A DNA stretch of 64,000 nt from Nageia nagi (Eukaryota > Plantae > Pinophyta): assembly GCA_050084985.1 (NCBI GenBank), contig JBITNC010000001.1, forward strand, positions 48,980,001 through 49,044,000, in the 5' to 3' direction. Shown one piece after another: positions 12,501 through 24,500 of the stretch; position 1 is the stretch's first letter; the number at the start of each line of letters is the position of its first letter. Position numbers and translations under genes: made by a program. The notes under the pieces were generated by a model, which worked only from the letters and a program-made list of their open reading frames with translations, was not told the DNA's origin and ran no database searches.

Positions 12501-15500
12501 TGTCAACGTCCAAGATGGAGAGCTTTGGGATAAATGAAATCACATCCAAGGCTTAAAAATGCAACGTTGGAATAATAGGGCCTTTAATGCTTTTCGGAAT
12601 CAGTGCCATGTGCAAGGATGCCTCTTGGGGTGTGAGGTGGGGTTTTGAAGTGTCTAAATGCCCAACATGGAGTCTTGGGGTCCACATAAGCCCAACGTCT
12701 AAGGAGGAGAGCTCATAAATGCCTTGTAATAGCAAATTCCTCTCTAGATGTGCCATATCCAAGCTTGGATGTCCTTGTGATGCCTCGAAGTTGGTGTAAT
12801 CACCGAGGTGGATGCTCTACCTTGAAGAGGGGAGCATTAATGACAAGAGGACCATTTAATGCTAATATTACATTCATCAAGGGTAGAAATATGCAACGCC
12901 TCATTAGAGGAGACTAATATTGCATTTACAAATATAATTGCCTTGGTATCATTAATACACATTATTGGCATAATTAGGCACTCAACTATACATAATGAAC
13001 TAATAAAAGGGCCCAACGTTCCATAATTAGAGCATTTAACTAAGTCTTTAAGTGGAAATTACCAAGGTTGGAAAACTTGGACTTAGGAATTACCCGACCC
13101 AAAAAAATTCTGTGGGTTCTCGGCAACTCGAAGAGTAATCGGGAAAAACTCGACACTAAAACTCAGCCAAAAGGAAAACATGAACATTTTATGAAAAATA
13201 CATACAAAAACATATTTTAATGCGGGATTAGAGAGCTGCAATGATCATTGATGGTTTGTGATCCTTAATGAACATCAAAAATAATACATACAACAAATTA
13301 TAGTCACGAATCATGAGTCATATAATCATAAGTGTACTAGTGCTGCAATAATAAGTAAATACTAAAAAGTAAAAATTGAGTCTAGACTCTAATGTCTAGG
13401 ATTCTAAGAGTCTAAGCCTCTAAACTACTAGTGCTACAATATCCTCTTTCCCCTCACCCTCTTACATGCCCTCGGCTCACTCGTCACAACAGGTGGTGGT
13501 GGTATGTACTCATCCTCAATAAGATTCTCAGCATCAGGTATGTACTCATCCTCGTACTGATCCTCATCCTCATCCTCATCCTCATACTTAGGCTCAGGCT
13601 CAGGCTTAGGCTTGATGTGAATTGTAGCTATTGCCCTAGATGTACCTTCACCTACTCTAGATGTACCTTCACTGTCATGTTCTGTCTCCCTCTCAAGTTG
13701 CTTAATGTTCGCCTTAATGAAGATAGGTTGTGCATCTTCAACAACCCACTCTACTAGTGGATCCATAGAATCAAGGTCAATGGCATTTTATGACATGAAG
13801 ACGAAGATTGTATTGGAGAAACACAAGGTCATTCAGGTGTTGTTGGCTCAACCTATTGCGTCTCTTGGTGTGAACGCTCTCAAACATGGACCAATTTTGC
13901 TCACACCCAAAAATGCTACAAGGCTGACTCAATATCCTCACTGCTATCCTTTGAAGATTCGGACATCGAGCACCATTATCTTCCCACCTTAAATCTACAA
14001 ATAAGAAATGACTTTTTCAAAAACTCAATCTAATTCTAGATTTTATAAAATTGAAAATACTAAATTCTAAGATAGTAAATAATTGATGAAATCATGAATG
14101 AACCCTCCCATTTACCTGGTTGCAAGGTTGTCCTCGACATTTTACAAATAATTGATGAAAGAAACATCCCATCGACTATCTTGTAGGTCTGCATCTCATC
14201 TAGACAACAAGCTCTAAGGTCATCATTAGGTATCATCCTCTCCATGCAAGTATAGAGGCCATCCATAACTTCAGTATCAACCTCAAATTTATTACAATAA
14301 AAAAACTTGGGGTTGAAGTAGTAACCCATTGCATGTAAAGGTCTATGGAGATGATAGGTCCATCTCTTATCAATGATTCTCTCAAGTTGCTCCAATTTAT
14401 TTCTATTTCGTCTATACATGCGTTGGACAGCCCCATTTGCCCTATCCATGGCCTCATACAAATAGCCCATCAGCAACAAATCACCATCTACAAGATGAAA
14501 AACCTACAAATTTAGATTTACAAAATACGAAGTTACGAACTACAAACTTACAAAGTCACAAACTAAAAATTGAAAAATAAAAAAACATAAAAGAAAGAAT
14601 TTAAATTACCTTCAAGACCTCCTCAACACCTTTCTAAAAGAAGTCATCAAACACTATCTTTTGGAACTTCTCCCCATCATCACTTTGACGAAAAGAGGAC
14701 TCCCTCCATTTATCACTAATAAACATCCTCTTAAGAGGAGCTTTTGCTTCAAAGAGGCTTTGTAATGCAAGAAAATTGGAGGCAAATCTAGTGATACCTA
14801 GACGAATAATCTCCTTGCCACCTATGTGTTCTCTCATCAAACTAAGCACCCAAGGGTGGTTGCAAATGAGTTTGGTAATTATTTTTGCTTCTTCAACCAC
14901 ACTTTTAATCCATGTAAGCTTGCCTATGTCCTCTAGCATAAGGTCAATCACATGGGCTACGAATGGGCTCCAAAATAAGGTTTTGTACTTCCTTTCAAGC
15001 ATTTTTCCTGCAGAAACATATGCTGAAGCATTGTGCATCACCACTTGGACAACATTCTCCATGTCCACTTCCCACACCACTTCCTCAAGCAATTTGAAAA
15101 GCAATTGTGCATCTTTTACCTTATCCGATGCATCAATAGACCTCAAGAAGACCATTGATCCACTTGATGCCACCATGAAGTTGAGGAATGTACCGTTTTT
15201 CGTATCTGTCCATCCATGTTTGCGCCAATTCTTTCTTTGGTCATCTAATAGAGCACGTATGGTAGCAACTGCATCCTCAAGCAAAGGACCACTGAAATCT
15301 TTTGCAGTAGGGGCCTCCATCCTTCTTCCAACATTGATGAATGCATTCACCATGGCCTCCCAATAAGGACTACTTGCAACATTAAAAGGAATGTTGCAAT
15401 AGTAGCAAAAATTTGCAGCTACTGCTTGGGTTGCTTTGATTTTTTTTTTCCCCATGCTGTAGCGTCAAGAGAAGGTTGTACCTCTGTATGAGGAACAAAG

Positions 15501-18500
15501 AAACCATCCATGGTTTGATGCCTCACTGGAGCTACTTGTGATGTATTTTCATTTGATTGTGGATTTATGCTTAAGTAAGAATCTAATACTGATTCTTCAA
15601 AGCTCATGTTTCCCCCAGTCCTTGGACCAACTGCCCTCTTGGTCTTTTGCTTTTCCATCTTTTGTTTTGTTTGTATAGCAATCAAGGTTTGCACCTCACG
15701 TGTGACCTTGGGAGGTGCAACATTACAAAGGACTACATCATGACTTGGAATCCTTGCAAGATGGTATTTTAATCTATTGATACCACCCTTGCGACCTATT
15801 TTGCAATAATTGCATACCACTTCATTTGGAAATTTATCCTTTGTGCCATGCTTCCAAGCAACATTTGTCCCTAGGGATGGGGCTGGGGCTGGGGCTTGAG
15901 GAGGAGGTGCATGTGCATGACCCTCAACTTTATTTGCAATCTATAAAGTACAAAAAAGTATAAAACCCATTAAAAACTCTGACCCTAAATCCTAAAAAAA
16001 ATCACAAAATATGCAAAAATGAAAAATACCCTTTTGAAGTATGGGCATTAACATAAACATAGAAAAAAAAATTCCATGGTTAAAATTGAAAAAAAATTAA
16101 AAAAACCCTACCTCTTCAAATGCACGTTGAGAATTGAAAAACTCTCAATCGGATCACTAAATCTTGTCAAATCTATGGTGAAATGCTTGAAATCCTTGGT
16201 GAACCCTTCGGAATGATGCTGATCCTTCAAATTTGTCACAAGTTAGCTTGGAGAGCAAAAGAGGGAGCAAGTTGGGTGAAATGAGCAAATGGAGGAGTGA
16301 AAAACGATTTTGTAGCAAAATCATTTTTTTTTTCTAAAATTTTAGGGTTTGTTTTTCATGTAGTTGAGTAATTGGCAAGTACTCGCAGGGAATGGCGAGT
16401 TCGGGAGCTGAAAACGTGATGAGTTCCTATGAATGAGGGCTTTTCAACGCCTAGAAAAAGTTCTATTACTTCGTCAGGTGAGGAAGCGTTGGAATCGCGC
16501 TCGTGATAGGTCGCGTTACGCATAGGAAAGGAGAAACAAATTGGGGAAAAGCCTAGTTCCCGTGCAGGTCGTGATGTCGCATCTATTTTTGTGCATGCCA
16601 ATTTACCGCTAGAATCTCGCGCATTAGCGCTCGAGTTTCTTGTCGGAATCCTTGAAAAACTCGCCATTGCCGAATTTTAACCCTCTAAAACTCGCCCAGC
16701 CTTTAATCTACTATTTCTCACTAGTATTTGCCAATTTCTTGCAGATTTTCAAACCAAGGAACTTACAATGATTGGCCAAATTCTACTAAAATAGACAAAA
16801 TCACACCTAAGCTAATTTTCCCATCTATCAGAGGTGAAATGAGGAAAACACTATAAAAATGGGGACATTACAATTATAATATTTCAGTCTTGAGAGCGTT
16901 ATTGGACGGTGAATGAGCATTTACTATTGTGCCCTAATTTGTGAATGAATGTGAACTTGGTTGAGTAATTTTGCATGTTTAGCATAAGCCCTAGAAGGGT
17001 ACATTACATAGAACTATTGTCTGAAAGGATGTAAACTTTGATGAGGGCATTGTTTAAGCTTCTTCATTGCTTCTTGATATACTATGGCTGTTAAAGATTG
17101 TGATGATAGTTTTGATGATCATGATGATAGTGAGTCTTGTTGATGATAGGGTCTTCAGTGTGTCCATGTAGTCCTGAGAAATTCTTGATGTATCTACAGT
17201 TGTTGGTGTTTGAATGCCTAATCTTAAGACATGTATATAAGAATGAAGGATATGATCAAATTTTAGAGCCTTAAAGCTTATTGTGTTCTCATGGGCAAGA
17301 TATGAATTAAGCTCCAAACTTGGTTGATTTGCGAGCAATCAACAAGCATCTTCACAAAGCCTAATTATTTTAGGACAAGAGCTTTCAAAAATTGTTGTAA
17401 AGGGGGGATGTGTTTCATACTAATTTACAGACATGCACATGTATATTATGTTTGTCATATATATAACATGTTATATGTATTGTTATATCTTGGCAAGAAT
17501 CGTGTCTGCATCATATGTATAGTTTCTTGTAAAAATAGTATATCATGTTTATTATTGGTCCCCCAGCGCCAACCTAAATGGAGGATGTTGGAATAGTCTA
17601 TCATTTTGGGTTTGGCTTGTTGGATTAAGGTTGTTATTTAGACCATGACTTCAAGTCTTGTGGTGTACCTGAGCCAACTTAACGCTGATATTTTTAGGAA
17701 TGGTAAGGATGAAGATAAATGATAAGAAATTTTTAGGAATGGAGGATGAAGATAAATGATAAGTTATGTCCAAATGATCATTTGCAAATCTTGTATAACC
17801 ACGTGGCAATTGTGTCTCAATTTTTCCTGGGCTCATCTCCCATTAATAAAGTATATAATAATGAAACCCTTTTCCTCTTCGTCTATTGTGTATCTATTGT
17901 TGTTGATCTTCAATACTTGTGGTTTGTATTGTATTGTTGTAGTGTCTCTTTGCACATAGCATACTATGGTTTACATGAAAGTTATACACTGTGCAAATCA
18001 GAATGGTGTTGAAATTGTGAAGCTGCGGAGGAGTTTGATTAGGGAAGCATTTTTTCAGTAAGATGATGAAAGAAAATAAATTTTAGAAGAGATTTCAAAT
18101 TGCAGAGATGATAAGATATAATTCACAGCTTGATAAAATGAAACTGTTCTGGAATGTACTAGATGGCTCAAGGGCCTCATTGTTAAAGTGGAAAATTCCT
18201 GGGCTGTTGGAATAAAGTTCCAGTATACAGAAGGTCGCTACTACCAAAATGCAGAAAAATTTGAAATATATGATTGCATTCTTGTTATGAAGTATTGGAT
18301 CTATGAACTTGAGAAGTGAGGATAAAACATATGCATGAACAGAGAGGACTATTGACAGGATAAGGATGACAAAAAATCTTCTTCAACAGTGTCAAGAATG
18401 AGGATGTTTAAGGAAAATACAAAAAAAACAGTGATACGGAGCTTAAATTGTCATATAAAGAAGTTATTGAACTTAAATTGTCATATAAAGAAGTTATTGA

Positions 18501-21500
18501 TTGAAATTCAAATAGGTACTGGCACAACAATAAATTCTGTAAATTGTGTGGAATAGTAACCCATGCCATTAGTTTAGCAATTGATCACAGTTGAAAACAA
18601 AGTTATAGCATTTTCTAAATAAAATGAGACTAACAGGGCTGTTTTTGATGGGCATTTCATATTTTGAAGAAAGGAAATGAAAGGCTAAAACTAGAAAAGT
18701 GAAGTGCATAATTATCCATGAAGTTATTGAAGGTAAAAAAGTTTATCCAGATGTAATAGGCATGTCAAGTTTTGGTTTCCTAGGAATTTAGGTGTTGAAG
18801 CTATTAAGATAGCAGAATCATAAGATATTATGTTTGGCTGGATAAGAGCCTATAGTGAGGTCTCTGGATAAATTGTAGCGATTTGTACAAGCTCTATTTT
18901 ATTTTAGTTATTAACAATTTTGTGAATAAGAATAGTTATTGTAGATGCTTTAGCGGATTGAAGACAATTTAGGATTGCAAAATTGTTCCATAATGGTCAC
19001 TTGAGCCACGTTACAAGAGTGGCAAAAATGTAGCAAAGCACCTTACAAGGGTGATGTTTTGACTTGAAAGGGTGCATGCTTCATATGTAGCTATGGTTTG
19101 TCATTTTTTCGTCAATAAAATATCATCTCTGCTTTATGCTAGTTGTATTTGTGGAACAATTTAATGAGAGTGCAGCCAAGGCAGCTTTGTTATATAAAAA
19201 AACAGATAGATAAGTGTGCTTCTTAACTTTGGCCGGTGTCCTGGACTGGTTAAGTTCTCTCGTCAAAATAAGTTGTAAAGCTTTGGATTTTTTCTTTATT
19301 CTATCATTTATTCATTGAGCATTCTTGTTTAGTAATGATGAAGAAGAAATATGATAATGAATTTTTACCAAACTGAAAGAATTATACATGTTTCTGATTA
19401 ATGCGCCTGTTCAACTGATTGTCATATCTTGATGGATTATCACAGGTGAATTTTCTACGATGCTAATGGATGCTCTTTTGAGAGTTGCAATATCAATGAC
19501 CCCTTTCAAGGTGCAATTCCCATTGTCTCCTATAACCTATAAAAAGTCCATGAAAGGCAAATTTTCACCCACACAATTGCTTAATCATTTTGTGAAGAAA
19601 GGAGAGGCCGTGAATCAACATTTAAACTCATCTTTCAGGTTAGTTGCTCTTTTCTTACTTGACAAAGCAAGCTTTAAGCTCCTAAACAGTTTTCCTTGGT
19701 CGTGTAAAGTAGAGATATTATTATGCTAAGCATTTATAATGTGCATTGTAAGGTTTTACATGCTGTTGCATATTGTTCTTTTGAAAATGATGATCTACAT
19801 CTCATTTGGGTGTTCTTTATATTCTGCTGTAAGATCGATCCATTTTTCACTAGAACATGTTTTCTGCTTGTGCTACATAATATTTCTTATAGCATGTAGA
19901 ATAATAATTTCTTAATGCTGAAATAAAAGACACGTGTTCAAATTTGTATAAATGAATAATTGGATACAATATTGCTTCAAGTACTGTGTTATACTTCACC
20001 AGCAAATTTTGTGATAGGCAGCCTCAGATGGTCACCTCTTCTTAAGCGGAGTCTCTATTCTAGGTCATTAGCACTCATTTCATCAGGTTCTTGGACACTT
20101 ATATTCTCATCATTAAGCATTTTAGTTTTCAACATGCAGATAAGTGGATAACATCTATCTGTTTTCCAACGGGTTGGAACAATCTTCCCCTTGATTTTGT
20201 ATGGTCTTTTGAAACTTAAGACATTTTCCTTTATTTTCTTCCTGGAGTTTACTGTAATGAACACAGTTCCAATCCTTGGTTTCTACGTTTTTCCAGGTTG
20301 ACCAACTACATCACTTATCAAGAGCCTTTTTATAGTCTTTGAAATTCAATATCTATTCAGTCTCATTTAAAAATTGAATGGCTTTCATCTGAACTTCCTT
20401 TTGTTTACTAAAGTGACACTTTTTAGGTTAGTTGTGCAGACTGACAAGTAATATTAGCATCATAGGAGGATTTACAAGTGTTGTATCTATTGTATACAGT
20501 CTCATCTTTGGTTAAACTTAACAACCGACAATAGTTTTTTATTCTTGGAGACAATTACAACATAAGATTGACAGTAAGTTTTTTATGGTGATCCCAGTGA
20601 TATATTTCTGTTGAATAGGCTTTTGACATCCTTATGTATAGTTTCCAAAGTTCAGTTTCATAGTATGTAATGGACATCGAAGTTGGTATGATGAGTGTCC
20701 ATAATAGGAATCATTTTGAAGGCAAGTCATTACAATTGTATGGCAAGTAATTTGTAATGTCCCCAATTTTGACATCTTACTTATGTTGGCATTTTGATGT
20801 TTCATATGGGCCACATGGAATGGGATGTTTCTCCATTTGGGAATGATTAAGGGTGTTTTGGTATATTTTGTACTAATTACGGGTGATTTGGTACTTAGGA
20901 GTGATTTAATACTATTAATGTATTATAATTTCCATTTAGAGTGGGACGCCCTTCTTCTAGGGATGCGTAAGCATGATTTATTGTATTTAGACTGATTTTG
21001 TAATTGCTCTTGGGCAAATGTTTACTTAAGATCTCAAGGATGGAGACTTTTCATTTCAAGCACCAATTATGAGCCCCAATGTGGGACATCTCCCTCCTTG
21101 AGGTAGCTAGGAGTTTTTAATTGCATTTAGGTGTATTTTTTGCATTGTAATGTAATTGTGGGGATCCTAAGGAGTAATTGTATGATCTCAAGGTCAACCT
21201 GTGCACCTCTTGATGAGATGTCCAACCTTGCATGATTTCAAGGTGAGATCTAGATGTCATAGTGGGATGCCTAGTTACAAAAGGATAGGACACATAGTTG
21301 AGAAGGCTTCATTGGCATATTCATCAATTCATCTACTCTTGGAGACCTGGCGTGGAATCAAACTTATTCCTCTTGTGGCTCACACCTGCAAGAGAGGGTT
21401 TAGGGGGGTGGAGACACCTCTAGATCTTTGATTAAGGATTCACACTCCTTAGTCCATTTAGTGGGATTCTGAGGCTACACTTCTTTCTTCATTCTGGGCG

Positions 21501-24500
21501 TGGGAGAGCTCCTTTAGTGGTGCATCCAACTTCGACGGAGTGTTGCTTGTCTCATTTCATCATAGATTTGGGGTTAGAGGCCCTAGCAATGGGACATCAA
21601 CCTTCTTGGTGCATCTTGAGTTTGTGTCACATTAGATATGGTCCTTAGAGCCAGATGTCCAGTGCTTTGGGCCATTGTACTTGCATTTTGAGATCAATAT
21701 AATTCAGATCTGCATTTTCCTTGGTCTCATACCATTTTTTGTTGGAGTTCGTTTCATGTTTGCAAATGGAATTGCTATGTTTTGAGTAAACTATTATTTT
21801 TCTTGGTTTGACACATTACAACGGTATCAAAGCAATGATCTTGCGAGTCATGGAAGGAGATTAATGTGTCCTATCACTCGCAACTGCTATAATAGGAGGA
21901 ACCAAACTCCAACGTCCCAACCAAGGGGAAACTTTGAGGAGATTGCCAACATCCATGACGAACAACAAAGACTTGAAAACCAAGGGTAGTATGAGAATGA
22001 AGTCTTGCATGATAACGAAGCCGTTGGGGTATGCCTGAGAGGCAAGATGAGGAGTGTGAGGTTAGAGGAAGGTCGCCCCCTCCTAAAGATAAGGCAAATC
22101 AAAAATTTGATATGTTGCTTGAATTAATGACTACATTGGTCAACGAAGTCAAAGAAAGTAATCAATGATCAACAGTAAGGGATGAGCCAGCGCAAGACTT
22201 GGGACGTGGGTTTGTGGAGGAAAGCCCTAGGAAAACACTTCAAAGATCAACCTTCGCAAGGGAATGAGATTCAGGTGGAGGAACGTTTTTGCACATATAA
22301 GGATTTGCAAGAGATCCAGGAGGAGATGGATATGCGTCACCAAGAGGAGAGCCTGCATTTGGGTCCACTAGGGATTCGGGTGGATTTGGGCACACTTTGC
22401 ATAGAGGGGAAGAGATGTCCCTGCATAGATATGGATTTGCTAGAGACATGGGTGGATTTGAGCATTCCATGTTCATATTCAGATCTACTAGAGATGCATT
22501 TGGAGGGCATTACTTGTTGTAGAAATAATTGGAAAGAGAAGATCAGGCAAAGGTTGCACTCGTTTAGCCTCCACCTTTGACTAGATCATCCAAGCCCATG
22601 TTATGTCAAAAACATGAAGCTGAACCACCTATTGTCTTACCATTGGAGCTAAATGCACTTTTTAGGGAATACCAAATGGGCATGATAAACTTCAGGTCCG
22701 TAGTGAGTTTAAATGAGTATTTAGAATTTTTGGGGAAAATGCTCAGTGGGAATCAGGTGCAAGGAGGAGGTTGTGGAGATGAGAAAAGGGATCTGCAACA
22801 AAAGATAAATAGAATGCAAGTCCCATTGTATGATGGGAGTGATAAAATGATGGCTGGGGCATGGCTGCAAAAATAGACACATTTCACTCTTTGCCTTATG
22901 ATTGAGGAGGATATGGTGCAATTCACAACCCTACACTTAGAGGGAGTAGCGTATGATTGGTGGCATTATGGCTTGCTTACTCAAGGCCATAATTCAGTCA
23001 CTACTTGTGATGAGTTTAGTCGGAGGGTTTTGGATCACTTTGATAAAAAAGATGAGGATGAGTATTTTTGGGATTTGGCATCAATGAGGCAGAAGAGTCT
23101 ATGTTGCAAAATTTTAGTGGATAACAATGAAGGTGCCCAACATTTCGTAGAAGAGGGTGATGTTCTTGTTCATGGAAGGCTTGCTTGATCCGTTGAAGGG
23201 CATGGTGAAAGCTTTCTCACCTACTTCTCTATAGGATGCCATTAAAAAGGCATTGATCTTGGAGCCATCGTTGATGAGATCTAGACCACCCATCCCTCCT
23301 AGATTTGGGATGTTGAGTTTCTTGTGGAAAGGAACACCTCAAGTGGAAAAGAGTTCGTCCCAAAATGAGCCTTCCCCAAGAGATAAAAGAATGGATGCAG
23401 CCACAAGAATTGAATTAAGGAGAAAAAATTGTTTTTCACATGGAGGAATCCATGGGAGCCCAATCATCATTGGAATAGTAAAGTTCAGATCCACTACATT
23501 GAGATAGTTTTGTACGGAGAGGAGGATTCAATCCTAGAGTTGAATCGTGGAGAGCTAGATTTTTGATGGCTAGAGGTGGAACGTCCAACATTCAACAATA
23601 AGGAGGCATGTGGAGGTACCATAGCTACAATTTCTGGGGCATCCAAATACCTCACCATCAAGGTACAAGGGAAAGCATATGGAGGGATGTCATAGTCACA
23701 ATTTCATTGATGAGGGAATTTGTGGCCAACAAGAATCTCCAAGTGGTCGATTTTGAAGGCTTTAGCATGGCAAATGCAAATGGGCAACTCTCACTTTGTG
23801 ACAAGGTGGTAAAACAATTGAAGATCATGTTGTGAAAGATGACTTTTATGTTTTTCCAATGGGAGGAATCCCCTACATGGTGTTAGGAGTTCAATGGCTA
23901 TATTCCTTAGGGGAAATTTACTCCAGCTACCAAATGTTGGTGATGAGGTTCAAGGTCAATGGGAAGAGATTGCCTTAAGAGCCTTTGGAGTGGTTTTGAG
24001 CACCAGGATCTTATATGGGCAGCATTGGAGAGGGTTGTCCACTCCTTTGGACCCCCCTTTACCTCCCTTTAGCCCCTAGTTCATTGGAACTCAAATTTGG
24101 TAAGGGACGTTCACTCTCTTGGATACCATTGGAGCCCTTTGAAGAGCTTGAACTGCCATGAGCGCATTGATGGAAGGTATGAGATGTCTTGTGATTTTAT
24201 TTTGCAATTAGACAGCCGTGAGTTGATGGAGAATAGCTTTGATGAGAACTTTGGAAAAGGACTAAAGAGGAGCTTGAATAGAAAGGTGAAACAACAAGCT
24301 AAAGGGTGGTCACTTTCTGTTTTGAATCTGTGCTCTATTAATGAATCAGTGTGGGTTGCAAAAGGGTTTGCTGCATCTGAGTTTGGTGAAATGGAAAGGA
24401 CCATTCTCATTCCCACAATAAGGGTAATGGGCTGCTATCTTCATGGTGTGTTGAACTGCACTTTTGCCAATTCATTGGACTGAACTTTGGCTGATTCTAT

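Larger units (their letters stand above)
11795..16872 (-). mobile_element. Solo LTR (~1.37 kb after removing the hAT), related to the LTRs at 20753/25151
   Basis: Termini TGTGATGATCCC...GGGGACATTACA, TSD GTTAT/ATTAT. The reverse complement of ~12885-12955 matches 25676-25740. Minus-strand TATA (GCCTATAAAAGG) at ~12418-12429. Confidence 0.75.

Noticed and set aside
14776-15366. 196-aa plus-strand ORF (also 13431..13757)
   Set aside because: Antisense shadows of the hAT transposase frames.
2030-17900. LTR pair for old element A (~2030-2300 versus ~17410-17900)
   Set aside because: Only short shared words (e.g. GCCAACCTAAAT). Boundaries and TSD could not be established by eye.
17690-18500. CRISPR-like repeats
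   Set aside because: Two-copy adjacent tandem duplications with no spacers, in eukaryotic context, and no cas genes.
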